17,272 bases of DNA from Sulfurihydrogenibium sp. Lineage in GTDB: Bacteria > Aquificota > Aquificia > Aquificales > Hydrogenothermaceae. Under the pieces are notes generated by a model. It was not told where the DNA came from, did not search any database, and saw only the letters and a program-made list of their open reading frames with translations. Below, one piece after another: positions 9,746 through 17,270 of the stretch; within the stretch, counting starts at the first letter, position 1; every line of letters begins with the position of its first letter. Where the stretch lies: the NCBI GenBank assembly GCA_037442825.1, contig JBBIPN010000023.1, forward strand, positions 1 through 17,272, read 5' to 3'. A program made the position numbers and the translations under genes.

Positions 9746-10969
9746 TTATATATCTATCCTATAAAACTTTATCTTTCTCCAAAGGGTAACAGGACTTATG
9801 CCAAGTAATTTGGCAGCCTTTCTTTTATTCCCTCTTGTCTTTTTTAGGGCTTCTATTATACGTTTTTCTTCATTAAAAAATACTTCTTCAGATATTTCTA
9901 TAGACTGTTTTTCTTCATTTAAAAATACAAAATCAGCATCTAAATCTTTTAAATCTATTGTAGTTTTGTTTGGATTTAAGATACAAACTGCATCTAAAAA
10001 TGCCCTTAACTCCCTTACATTTCCATACCAATCTAAAGACATTATATAGTTAATAGCTTTAGCTGTTATTCGTTTATTCTTTTGAGCTAAAATACTATTT
10101 ACTATCAAAGGAATATCTTCTTTTCTTTCCCTTAATGGTGGAATCTCTATTTTTACTGCACACAATCTATAAAATAAATCGCTTCTAAAATTTCCTTCTT
10201 CCATCTCCATTATAAGATTTTTATTAGTTGCAGAAATTATTCTTACATCAGACCTCCTTTTTTTACTTGAACCAAGCCTTTCAAACTCTTTTGTATCTAC
10301 AAAAACAAGTAGTTTAGCTTGAGACGTTAAAGATAAATCACCTATTTCATCTAAAAATAAGGTTCCACCATCTGCCAACTCTACTTTACCAGGTTTTGAC
10401 CCTACAGCACCTGTAAAAGCACCCTTTTCATAACCAAAAAATTCAGACTCAAAAAGTGTTTCCGGGATAGCAGAACAGTTTACAGATACAAACGTACTTC
10501 TATTTCTATTGCTATTTATATGTATCCATTTGGCTAATTTAGATTTACCAGTGCCTGTTTCTCCTGAAATTAAAACAGATATATCAGATTGAGCTACTAA
10601 TGAAGCTTTCTCTAAAAGTTTTTTCATTTTTATATTTTGAGTGTTGAAAACTACAAAATCTTCGTCAAGTTTATCATCTTTATACTCTAAAAATTGGAAG
10701 ATATAACCTCTATGATTATAAAAATGGTCATAAAGATATGTTGTTTTAAAAATCCCTTTATAATGTAGGCCGTTTTTTGATTTTAAAAAAACTACAAAAT
10801 CTTTTTGTTCTAAGTAATCTTTTATATTTCTGTCTGTTATTTTATTTAAACTTTCACCAATTAGATCGATATTAGAGTAACCTAAAAACTCAACTAAACT
10901 CTCACTTATCCTTTTTATATTTAAATTTTCATCTGCTGCTATTAAATAAAAATTATCAATAAAGTTCAT
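9746..10969 (-). CDS. Sigma54-dependent enhancer-binding protein (PAS-like N-terminus, AAA+, Fis HTH)
   Basis: GETGTGKS Walker A, ESEFFGYEKGAFTGA, LFLDEIG, FRSDLFYRL, W.GNVREL and GNKRKAAKLLGIS HTH. The N-terminal FLGYS..DLIG segment is PAS-like, and there is no receiver domain. Confidence 0.93.
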   Translation of the reverse strand: MNFIDNFYLIAADENLNIKRISESLVEFLGYSNIDLIGESLNKITDRNIKDYLEQKDFVVFLKSKNGLHYKGIFKTTYLYDHFYNHRGYIFQFLEYKDDKLDEDFVVFNTQNIKMKKLLEKASLVAQSDISVLISGETGTGKSKLAKWIHINSNRNRSTFVSVNCSAIPETLFESEFFGYEKGAFTGAVGSKPGKVELADGGTLFLDEIGDLSLTSQAKLLVFVDTKEFERLGSSKKRRSDVRIISATNKNLIMEMEEGNFRSDLFYRLCAVKIEIPPLRERKEDIPLIVNSILAQKNKRITAKAINYIMSLDWYGNVRELRAFLDAVCILNPNKTTIDLKDLDADFVFLNEEKQSIEISEEVFFNEEKRIIEALKKTRGNKRKAAKLLGISPVTLWRKIKFYRIDI

Positions 10970-11805
10970 CTTTCTTGTTCTTTCAACTTTTCCATAAGTT
11001 TATTATATCCTTCTATATTGTTATTCTTTTTATAGATTTTTGCAAGGTTTAAGATTATATCTTTATTATTTGGATATTTATTTAACGCTTTTTCTAAAAT
11101 CTCTTCTAAACCTTTTATATCATAATTTAGTTTATAAATATTTATTAAAAATTCTATTGCTGGTAAATAATCATCTTTGATAATCAAAGCATCTTTAGCA
11201 GATTCTATAGCAAGTGGATACTGTCCTAATTGATAGTACAACGTAGCTACCTTATATTTAATCTCATAATCTTTCGGATTTTCAGCAAAAGCTCTAAGAT
11301 AAAAGAAAATTGCATATCTTAAATTTCCTATATCTTCATACTCTTTTCCTTTGAGTATAAAAAAATCATATCTTGAGTTTATAATATGTTTTTGCGTAGT
11401 TTGGTTCTTTATCTCAACATTGTTTGATAATTGTGGGTTAATAATATCTTTTATTGGTGGAAGATTTATACTTTTCTCTGCTATATTTTTAATAATTTCT
11501 TCTTCGTTTGAAATTTCATTTTTCAATAACTCAATATTTACAAGTTTTGCTTCTACATCATTTATGATAGATTCTACATCTATAAAGTTTTCTACTAATT
11601 GTATTTTCTCAGATTTTTGTCTATTTTTAAAGTAATCATAAAAAAGATAGCCTATGATAATATAAGAAATTATTAATATTACTAAGAAAATCTTTAATTT
11701 ATCTATTTTCTTTTCCCTTTTTATAGTTATAAGAGGGTTAATACCTTCTGCCTTTGACCCTTGAACTTCTTGTTTTGCTTTTTCTAAAAAATCTCCTGTA
11801 CTCAT
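10966..11805 (-). CDS. Membrane-anchored TPR protein
   Basis: One TM segment ([18 protein letters not shown]), a linker, then TPR-like repeats ([28 protein letters not shown]). Confidence 0.8.
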   Translation of the reverse strand: MSTGDFLEKAKQEVQGSKAEGINPLITIKREKKIDKLKIFLVILIISYIIIGYLFYDYFKNRQKSEKIQLVENFIDVESIINDVEAKLVNIELLKNEISNEEEIIKNIAEKSINLPPIKDIINPQLSNNVEIKNQTTQKHIINSRYDFFILKGKEYEDIGNLRYAIFFYLRAFAENPKDYEIKYKVATLYYQLGQYPLAIESAKDALIIKDDYLPAIEFLINIYKLNYDIKGLEEILEKALNKYPNNKDIILNLAKIYKKNNNIEGYNKLMEKLKEQER

Positions 11806-12389
11806 GATTGCTGAATATCACCTGTTAAAAACAAATCTAAAACTCTACATATTGCATGTTCTAATGTTAAATGAACTTCTTGTATTCTTGCTGTATTATC
11901 TGATTTTACAATAAAAACTTTATCTACTATGCTTTTAAGTTTTCCACCATCTTTTCCAAGAAAACCAACTGTAAATATACCTATCTCTTTAGCTACTTTA
12001 ACGGCTTCTATTATATTTTGTGAGTTTCCACTTGTTGAGATTCCTATCAAGATATCTCCTTTTTCTCCAATAGCTTCTACCTGTCTTGAAAATATTTTAT
12101 CAAAACCATAGTCATTACCTATAGCTGTAAGAGCTGATGTATCAGTAGTAAGAGCTATTGCAGAGTATCCTTTTCTTTCTCTTTCAAATCTCCCTACAAT
12201 CTCAGCAGCAAAGTGCTGACTATCTGCTGCAGAACCACCATTTCCACATATCAATAGTTTATTTCCATTTTTCAACCTTTTACCAATCAATATTCCTAAA
12301 TTAACAATATCTTCTGCATACTCGTAAGCAAAATTCTTTTTTATATTTGCACTTTCTTCAAATATATCAATTATTTCGTTTTCTAACAT
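11802..12389 (-). CDS. gmhA: D-sedoheptulose 7-phosphate isomerase
   Basis: [31 protein letters not shown] and TARIQEVH motifs. Confidence 0.97.
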   Translation of the reverse strand: MLENEIIDIFEESANIKKNFAYEYAEDIVNLGILIGKRLKNGNKLLICGNGGSAADSQHFAAEIVGRFERERKGYSAIALTTDTSALTAIGNDYGFDKIFSRQVEAIGEKGDILIGISTSGNSQNIIEAVKVAKEIGIFTVGFLGKDGGKLKSIVDKVFIVKSDNTARIQEVHLTLEHAICRVLDLFLTGDIQQS

Positions 12390-12420
12390 TTTTATTCCTT
12401 ATAAAATTTTTTTATTTAAA

Positions 12421-12431
12421 ATTTTACCACA
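12421..12431 (-). promoter_or_regulatory. Putative extended -10 promoter for gmhA-TPR-activator operon
   Basis: Minus strand TGTGgTAAAAT about 30 nt upstream of the gmhA ATG. Confidence 0.4.
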
Positions 12432-12535
12432 GTACTAAACAATTTAAATAAATCTAAAAAGAAAACAAAATACAAAAGATAAACTTTAAATTTATATTCA
12501 GCAATCAAAAAAAACATAAAAACATTTTTAAATGA

Positions 12536-12682
12536 CTTCTTCCCAAATATATTGAACTTAACTCTATTACTCCTCTTTTCACAGGTAGCATAGTAAAAGA
12601 GTTATATGGAATTGCTATATCAAAGAATTTAGAAAAAGAAGATTTCTCTTCCCTATATAAAATTTTTAAAGAGATTTTATAA
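12536..12682 (+). pseudogene. C-terminal remnant of a beta-hydroxyacid dehydrogenase (3-hydroxyisobutyrate dehydrogenase-like)
   Basis: Startless frame following TGA 12533-12535: LLPKYIELNSITPLFTGSIVKELYGIAISKNLEKEDFSSLYKIFKEIL*. The P.....V.ELY..A....L..EDFS..Y pattern resembles the terminal helices of this family. Recognised by eye only. Confidence 0.6.
12631..12654 (-). terminator. Possible weak intrinsic terminator downstream of ssrA
   Basis: Minus strand AGGGAAGA-GAAA-TCTTCTTT followed by TTCT: an 8-bp stem with two G-U pairs, a GNRA loop and a U-rich tail about 40 nt after the tmRNA. Confidence 0.25.
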
Positions 12683-12694
12683 AAACATAAATAG

Positions 12695-13044
12695 TGGAGG
12701 CGGGGGGAATCGAACCCCCGTCCGACAAAGGCCAAGCCCAAAGGACATCTACATGCTTAGCCTGTGTTTAAGATTCGCCTTCCTACATTCCACAGGCAAA
12801 ATGTAAAAAAGCTATCCCCATTTTGTTTCGGGTTTTCTCTCAGGGGCAGTTGGGAAAACCCTATCCTGTATGTCTTACGCCCTATTCTAGCCTACAGGCA
12901 AGCCAGATAGGACGTCACTGCGTTAATTAAGCAGCGAGAGCGATTTCGCGTTCGGGAATTGTTTTGTTTTGGTTTTTTACGTAGTAACCTTCTACGGCAT
13001 GCTTTCCTTTGCTCACCATTTGCCGTCGAACCCGTATCGCCCCC
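12695..13044 (-). ncRNA. ssrA: tmRNA (transfer-messenger RNA)
   Basis: 5' GGGGGCGATACGGGTTCGACGG pairs with 3' CGCCTCC-A, including the alanine G3-U pair. The T-arm is CGGGGGTTCGATTCCCCC, the length is 350 nt, and the internal tag frame 12959-12927 reads IPEREIALAA-TAA. It is GC-rich against AT-rich flanks. Confidence 0.97.
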
Positions 13045-13060
13045 ATATTCAATTGTAGAT

Positions 13061-13088
13061 AATATAATCTTTGTTTATTTTTTTTCAA
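13061..13088 (-). promoter_or_regulatory. Putative sigma70 promoter for ssrA
   Basis: TTGAAA (13088-13083), 16-nt spacer, TATATT (13066-13061), ending 16 nt before the mature 5' end. Confidence 0.5.
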
Positions 13089-13092
13089 TACA

Positions 13093-13527
13093 CTATTTTA
13101 CAACTAAAACAGATTGATTTGCATACTTAACAATATTAGAAGATGTGCTTCCTAAAAGAGGTTTTTTAAAACCTCCAACGCCCCTTCTTCCTACAACAAT
13201 TAAATCACCATTTACCTCATCTGCATATGTCATTATCTCTTCTGCAGGATCTCCTTCTAAAACTTTATAAAAACCCTTTAGACCTGATTTCTGTATTATC
13301 TCAATGGCTTCTTTTAAATACTTTTCTTCTTTAGAAATCTCTTGCTTTTCATAATCTTCAATATCTTCAGGCGATACATAATCAAGGATTCCAAAATCAT
13401 ACAATCTAACGACACCAACTACATGAATCTCTGCATTGTTATATAGCCCCAACTTTATAGCTTTATTTAAAGCTTTTAGAGAATTCTCTGATCCATCATA
13501 ACCTACTACTATTTTTTTATAAGCCAT
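13093..13527 (-). CDS. Universal stress protein (UspA family)
   Basis: YKKIVVGYDGS N-terminus, GDPAEEI, and DLIVVGRRGVGGFKKPLLGSTS (ATP-binding type G-2x-G-9x-GS). GGAG SD. Confidence 0.95.
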   Translation of the reverse strand: MAYKKIVVGYDGSENSLKALNKAIKLGLYNNAEIHVVGVVRLYDFGILDYVSPEDIEDYEKQEISKEEKYLKEAIEIIQKSGLKGFYKVLEGDPAEEIMTYADEVNGDLIVVGRRGVGGFKKPLLGSTSSNIVKYANQSVLVVK

Positions 13528-13538
13528 TTTTAACTCCT

Positions 13539-14546
13539 TTAAAATATAGAATGGAGTAATTTTGTAATTATATAACCACCAAAGAACAAATACAAGAATA
13601 TAACAAATGCTGAATATATAGGTTTCATACCAGCTTTTTTCATCTTTTTTAAGTTTGTTTCTATTCCAAGGGCTGCCATAGATACAGTTAATAAGAATGT
13701 ATCTACCTGATTAATAATACCAACAATATTTTTATCTAAAAAAGAGAGAGAATTAAAACCTACAACAGCAATAAAACCAAAAACAAACCATGGTATTGGT
13801 ATCTCTCTTAAATTTACACCATGTATTGAATGTTTTTTAGCAAAATAAAAGCTAAGAACAAGCAGTAAAGGAGCAAGCATAATTACTCTTGTAAGCTTTG
13901 AAATAGTAGCCGTATTACCTGCAACATCAGATATAGCAAATCCAGCTGCTACAACCTGAGCAACTTCGTGAACTGTTGCACCTACAAAGATACCATAACT
14001 TTTTTCATCAAAACCAAAAAGTAAACCAAGTTTATAAACAGCTGGATATAAAAACATGGCAATAGTTCCAAAAATTGTTACTGTAGCTACAGCCATAGCT
14101 GCATAATGCATCTGTCCCTTTACAATAGGAGCTGTTGCTAATATGGCAGAGGCACCACATATTGAACTACCACTTGCTATCATAAAACTCATTTCATCTT
14201 CAAGACCGAATAATCTCTTGGATACATAAACAGCTAATAAAAATGTTGTAATTAAGATAATAGTATCTACGAAAAGTCCTTCTAAACCAATATCTAAAAC
14301 ATTTTGGAATGTTAATCTAAATCCTAAAAAGATAATAGCAATTCTAAGTATTTTTTTAAGTGAAAAATTAATACCTGGTTTTAATACTTCTGGTATTTTT
14401 ATTAAATTACCAATAACTATCCCAAGTATTACAGCTATTATCAAAGGACTAAAATTCACTGTCGATTTAATAATCTCTAAATTAGATAAAAACATTGCAA
14501 TTAATGCAAGAATACTAGTAAATATAATTCCAGGTAAAAAGTTCAA
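13539..14546 (-). CDS. YeiH-family (putative sulfate/sulfite exporter) membrane protein
   Basis: About 10 TM helices with LRIAIIFLG, GSSICGASA, GATVHEVAQVVAAG, KLTRV and PWFVFGF motifs. TTG start with AGGAGG SD. Confidence 0.92.
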   Translation of the reverse strand: MNFLPGIIFTSILALIAMFLSNLEIIKSTVNFSPLIIAVILGIVIGNLIKIPEVLKPGINFSLKKILRIAIIFLGFRLTFQNVLDIGLEGLFVDTIILITTFLLAVYVSKRLFGLEDEMSFMIASGSSICGASAILATAPIVKGQMHYAAMAVATVTIFGTIAMFLYPAVYKLGLLFGFDEKSYGIFVGATVHEVAQVVAAGFAISDVAGNTATISKLTRVIMLAPLLLVLSFYFAKKHSIHGVNLREIPIPWFVFGFIAVVGFNSLSFLDKNIVGIINQVDTFLLTVSMAALGIETNLKKMKKAGMKPIYSAFVIFLYLFFGGYIITKLLHSIF

Positions 14547-14637
14547 CTTTCCCTCCTGATAAAAAAATATTGTTTTTATTTTAATATATATTAATATTTT
14601 GATAATTTTAAAATTTTAATAGATGTATTTAAATTTT

Positions 14638-14889
14638 CTATTTTACAGATTGTATTTCCCTAATTTTTCTTGCAAGTTCTCTTAAAGCCTCTACTTCTGT
14701 ATAACCTTTTTCCATAAGTTCTCTAACAGTTTGAGCTTTAGCTAAAGTATTTAAAATCTCTACTATATCTCCAGATGGATTACATCCTTCCATTTGAGGT
14801 TTTCCATTTTTTAAAGTTTCCTGTATACATGCTTCAATCTGCTCTGAAGTAAATCTTCTTGCAATTTCTCTAATTTCTTTTATATTCAT
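14638..14889 (-). CDS. Small hypothetical helical protein (83 aa, two Cys)
   Basis: ATG 14889 (MNIKEIREIARRF...) has a GGAGGT SD and protein-like amphipathic composition. The 14961 start in the ORF track would overlap the divergent gene. Confidence 0.8.
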   Translation of the reverse strand: MNIKEIREIARRFTSEQIEACIQETLKNGKPQMEGCNPSGDIVEILNTLAKAQTVRELMEKGYTEVEALRELARKIREIQSVK

Positions 14890-14916
14890 ATTACTTACCT
14901 CCGTATTTATATAGTG

Positions 14917-14927
14917 TATAATATAAT
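14917..14927 (+). promoter_or_regulatory. Putative -10 element(s) for the radical SAM gene
   Basis: Two overlapping TATAAT (14917-14922 and 14922-14927). The first ends 7 nt before ATG 14930. Confidence 0.45.
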
Positions 14928-14929
14928 CA

Positions 14930-15757
14930 ATGGTTAAAGATTTAAATTTGATAAAAATCATAAAAGACGAGTTAAACAGTTTATTAGAGATACAAACAAA
15001 AGATGGTTATACTATAGAGTCTGTTCATTATAGAAAAACATTATGCATATCGTCTCAAGTTGGCTGTTCTATAAAATGTTCCTTTTGTGCTTCTGGCCTA
15101 AATGGTCTTATAAGGAATCTTTCCTTCGAAGAGATAATAAATCAGTATGAATTGGCTTTAGATGAAGGATTTGAGATTGAAAATATAGCTTTTGCTGGTA
15201 TTGGAGAACCTTTGCTAAACTTGGAAAACGTTAAAAAATCTTTTGAATACTTTAAGTCAAAAGGTTTAAAAGTGAGTTTCTACACTACTGGATTTCCTAT
15301 TTCAAACTTCCAAGAGATTTTAAAAATAAACCATGATGGATTAAATTTATCTCTACATAGTGTAATAGAAGAAAAAAGAAAATTCTTTATACCAAATTCA
15401 CATAAAATTTCTCAACTTCTTGATATCTTAGAATATCATTTAAAAACATTGTCAAGAAGAAAGAAAAAACTTTACAATTTAGCTTATCTTTTAATATACA
15501 ATGAAAATGATTCTGAAGAAGAGATTTTAAAGCTTGGTAGTATAGCACAAAAACTCGGAATAGGTATATCTTTACTTAAGTATAATGAGATATCACACTT
15601 CCATTATCAAACAACACCTGATGAAATTTATGAAAAAGTATTTTTAACTCTTAAAAATATGGGTATTAAAGTAACACTTTCAAACCGTTATAGAACAAGG
15701 AAAATCGGTGGATGTGGTACATTAATGATAAATAGACTAAACCACTCCACTTTTTAA
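14930..15757 (+). CDS. Radical SAM protein, RlmN/Cfr-like, lacking the N-terminal helical domain
   Basis: DGYTIESV, TLCISSQVGCSIKCSFC (CxxxCxxC), FAGIGEP, LNLSLHS and C-terminal GGCGTL motifs. Only 275 aa. Confidence 0.88.
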   Translation: MVKDLNLIKIIKDELNSLLEIQTKDGYTIESVHYRKTLCISSQVGCSIKCSFCASGLNGLIRNLSFEEIINQYELALDEGFEIENIAFAGIGEPLLNLENVKKSFEYFKSKGLKVSFYTTGFPISNFQEILKINHDGLNLSLHSVIEEKRKFFIPNSHKISQLLDILEYHLKTLSRRKKKLYNLAYLLIYNENDSEEEILKLGSIAQKLGIGISLLKYNEISHFHYQTTPDEIYEKVFLTLKNMGIKVTLSNRYRTRKIGGCGTLMINRLNHSTF

Positions 15758-16690
15758 AATATCGTGAATATGTAAAATACCTATCGGTTTATTATTTTCA
15801 ACTACAGGTAAAACAGTTATATTGTATCTTTCTATAGTTTCAAGTGCCTGCAAAACATACCAATCTTTGTATGCTACTTTTGGATTCCTTGTCATAGCTA
15901 GATATGAAAAAGATTTATCAATACTCTCACCTTTATTTATAAATCTTCTTAAATCTCCATCTGTAATTATACCAGTAAGATTATTTTCTTTATCCAAAAC
16001 TAAAGCTGCTCCAAGACCCTTTTCTGAAATTGTTATTATTGCTTCCTTCAAAGGTGTATCTTCATAAACCAACGGTAAATCTGTTTTCATAATCTGATGT
16101 ACTTTTAAAAGTTTTTTTCCAAGAGAACCACCAGGATGAAATCTTGCAAAATCTTCTGGTCTAAAGTTTTTAAGTGTAAGTAATGTTATAGCTAAAGCAT
16201 CTCCTAAAACGAGTGTAGCTGTAGATGTGGAAGTAGGGGCAAGATTTAAAGGACAAGCTTCTTTATCTATATTTAAAAATAAAACAACATCTGAATATTT
16301 AGCAAGGGTAGAATCTTTTTTATTTGTTATTGATACTATCCTATTGCCCCATCTTTTTAAGATTGGAATTATTGCAAGAAGTTCTGGTGTTTCCCCACTG
16401 TTGGAAATAGCAACTATTAAATCGTCTTTTTCAATCATACCTAAATCACCATGTATAGCTTCTGCTGGATGTAAGAAAAAAGAAGGAGTTCCAGTAGAAG
16501 AAAGGGTAGAAGATATTTTTTTACCTATTAAACCAGATTTACCTATACCTGTAATTACAACTTTCCCTTTTGTTTTTAAAATTAAGTTTACAGCTTTTTC
16601 AAAAGATTCATCTAAAGATGACTTTAATTTTTCTAATGCTGAGATTTCATCTTCTACAGCTTTTTTACCTATATTAATGATATTATCCAT
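15737..16690 (-). CDS. kdsD: Arabinose 5-phosphate isomerase (KpsF/GutQ family; SIS + 2 CBS)
   Basis: TGIGKSG, LHPAEAIHGDLG, ISNSGET, EACPLNLAPTST, FHPGGSLG and TDGDLRR motifs. The start is likely ATG 16690. Confidence 0.95.
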   Translation of the reverse strand: MDNIINIGKKAVEDEISALEKLKSSLDESFEKAVNLILKTKGKVVITGIGKSGLIGKKISSTLSSTGTPSFFLHPAEAIHGDLGMIEKDDLIVAISNSGETPELLAIIPILKRWGNRIVSITNKKDSTLAKYSDVVLFLNIDKEACPLNLAPTSTSTATLVLGDALAITLLTLKNFRPEDFARFHPGGSLGKKLLKVHQIMKTDLPLVYEDTPLKEAIITISEKGLGAALVLDKENNLTGIITDGDLRRFINKGESIDKSFSYLAMTRNPKVAYKDWYVLQALETIERYNITVLPVVENNKPIGILHIHDILKSGVV

Positions 16691-17270
16691 TGCTACAACC
16701 ATTACATCCACTACAAGATTTTCTTTTAAGAAGAGTTAAAGATTCCAATTGAGAAAAACTTAACTCTACTGTTTCATTTTCTTCATTTGATAGAATAACT
16801 TTTTCTCTTATAAAATCGTAATATTTCACAAAGAAAGGTCTACCATCTAAATTGATTATTTCACCTATCTCTGGTAAATCTTTCTTTATATCATAGTTTT
16901 CAAGTTCATAAGTTAAACAGCACATTAATCTTCCACATATACCAGTAAATTTAGCTGGTGTAGGTGGTAAATTTTGCTCTTCCAAAATCTCTACAGAAAT
17001 ATTTTCAAACTTATTTAAAAATAAGCTACAGCAACATTGATTACCACATATCCCAACTGCTCCAGCTATCTGGACACCATCTCTAACACCTACTTGTCTC
17101 ATCTCTATTCTCATCCTTATCTTTTTAGCAAGGATTTTTACAAGCTCCCTAAAATCTACTCTATTTTCTGCTGTATAGTAAAAGATAACTTTTGACCTAT
17201 TAAGTGGGATATATGCTTTTAAAAGATTCATTTTTAAATCTAAATTTGAAGACTCTTCTTTACAAATCTG
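16683..17270 (-). CDS. ricT: PSP1-domain / RicT (YaaT)-family Fe-S protein (5'-partial, runs off the right edge)
   Basis: FYYTAENRVDFRELVK, RIEMRQVGVRD, G.CG..CCC and GICGRLMCCL.YE motifs. The frame stays open upstream of 17231 (QICKEESSNLDLKM) to the window edge. Confidence 0.9.
   Translation of the reverse strand, partial: QICKEESSNLDLKMNLLKAYIPLNRSKVIFYYTAENRVDFRELVKILAKKIRMRIEMRQVGVRDGVQIAGAVGICGNQCCCSLFLNKFENISVEILEEQNLPPTPAKFTGICGRLMCCLTYELENYDIKKDLPEIGEIINLDGRPFFVKYYDFIREKVILSNEENETVELSFSQLESLTLLKRKSCSGCNGCSNG

Noticed and set aside
12390..12691. Genomic island or prophage integrated at ssrA
   Set aside because: No integrase or duplicated ssrA 3' end is visible, and the next genes (gmhA onward) look like core genes.
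12695..12730. tRNA-like T-arm and acceptor end
   Set aside because: There is no anticodon arm. It pairs with a 5' end 350 nt away and so belongs to the tmRNA.
12505..12741. 78-aa minus-strand ORF
   Set aside because: It begins inside the tmRNA (GRGFDSPRLH is the translated T-arm) and has no SD. It is a typical spurious call.
14890..14961. N-terminal extension of the 107-aa ORF
   Set aside because: It overlaps the divergent gene head-to-head, and the GGAGGT SD supports ATG 14889.
14930..15757. Calling the gene cfr (antibiotic resistance) or canonical rlmN
   Set aside because: It is too short, lacks MGMGEP and has no mobile context, so neither name is supported.
622..16067. Other short ORFs (622-858, 1822-2031, 2340-2576, 4983-5171, 5600-5785, 7894-8118, 8719-8961, 9798-10049, 11351-11635, 11929-12111, 15822-16067)
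   Set aside because: All lie antisense within well-supported genes and show no recognisable motifs.
16227..16739. 170-aa plus-strand ORF
   Set aside because: Antisense to kdsD in the mirror frame, with Ser/Phe/Ile-rich shadow composition and no motifs.
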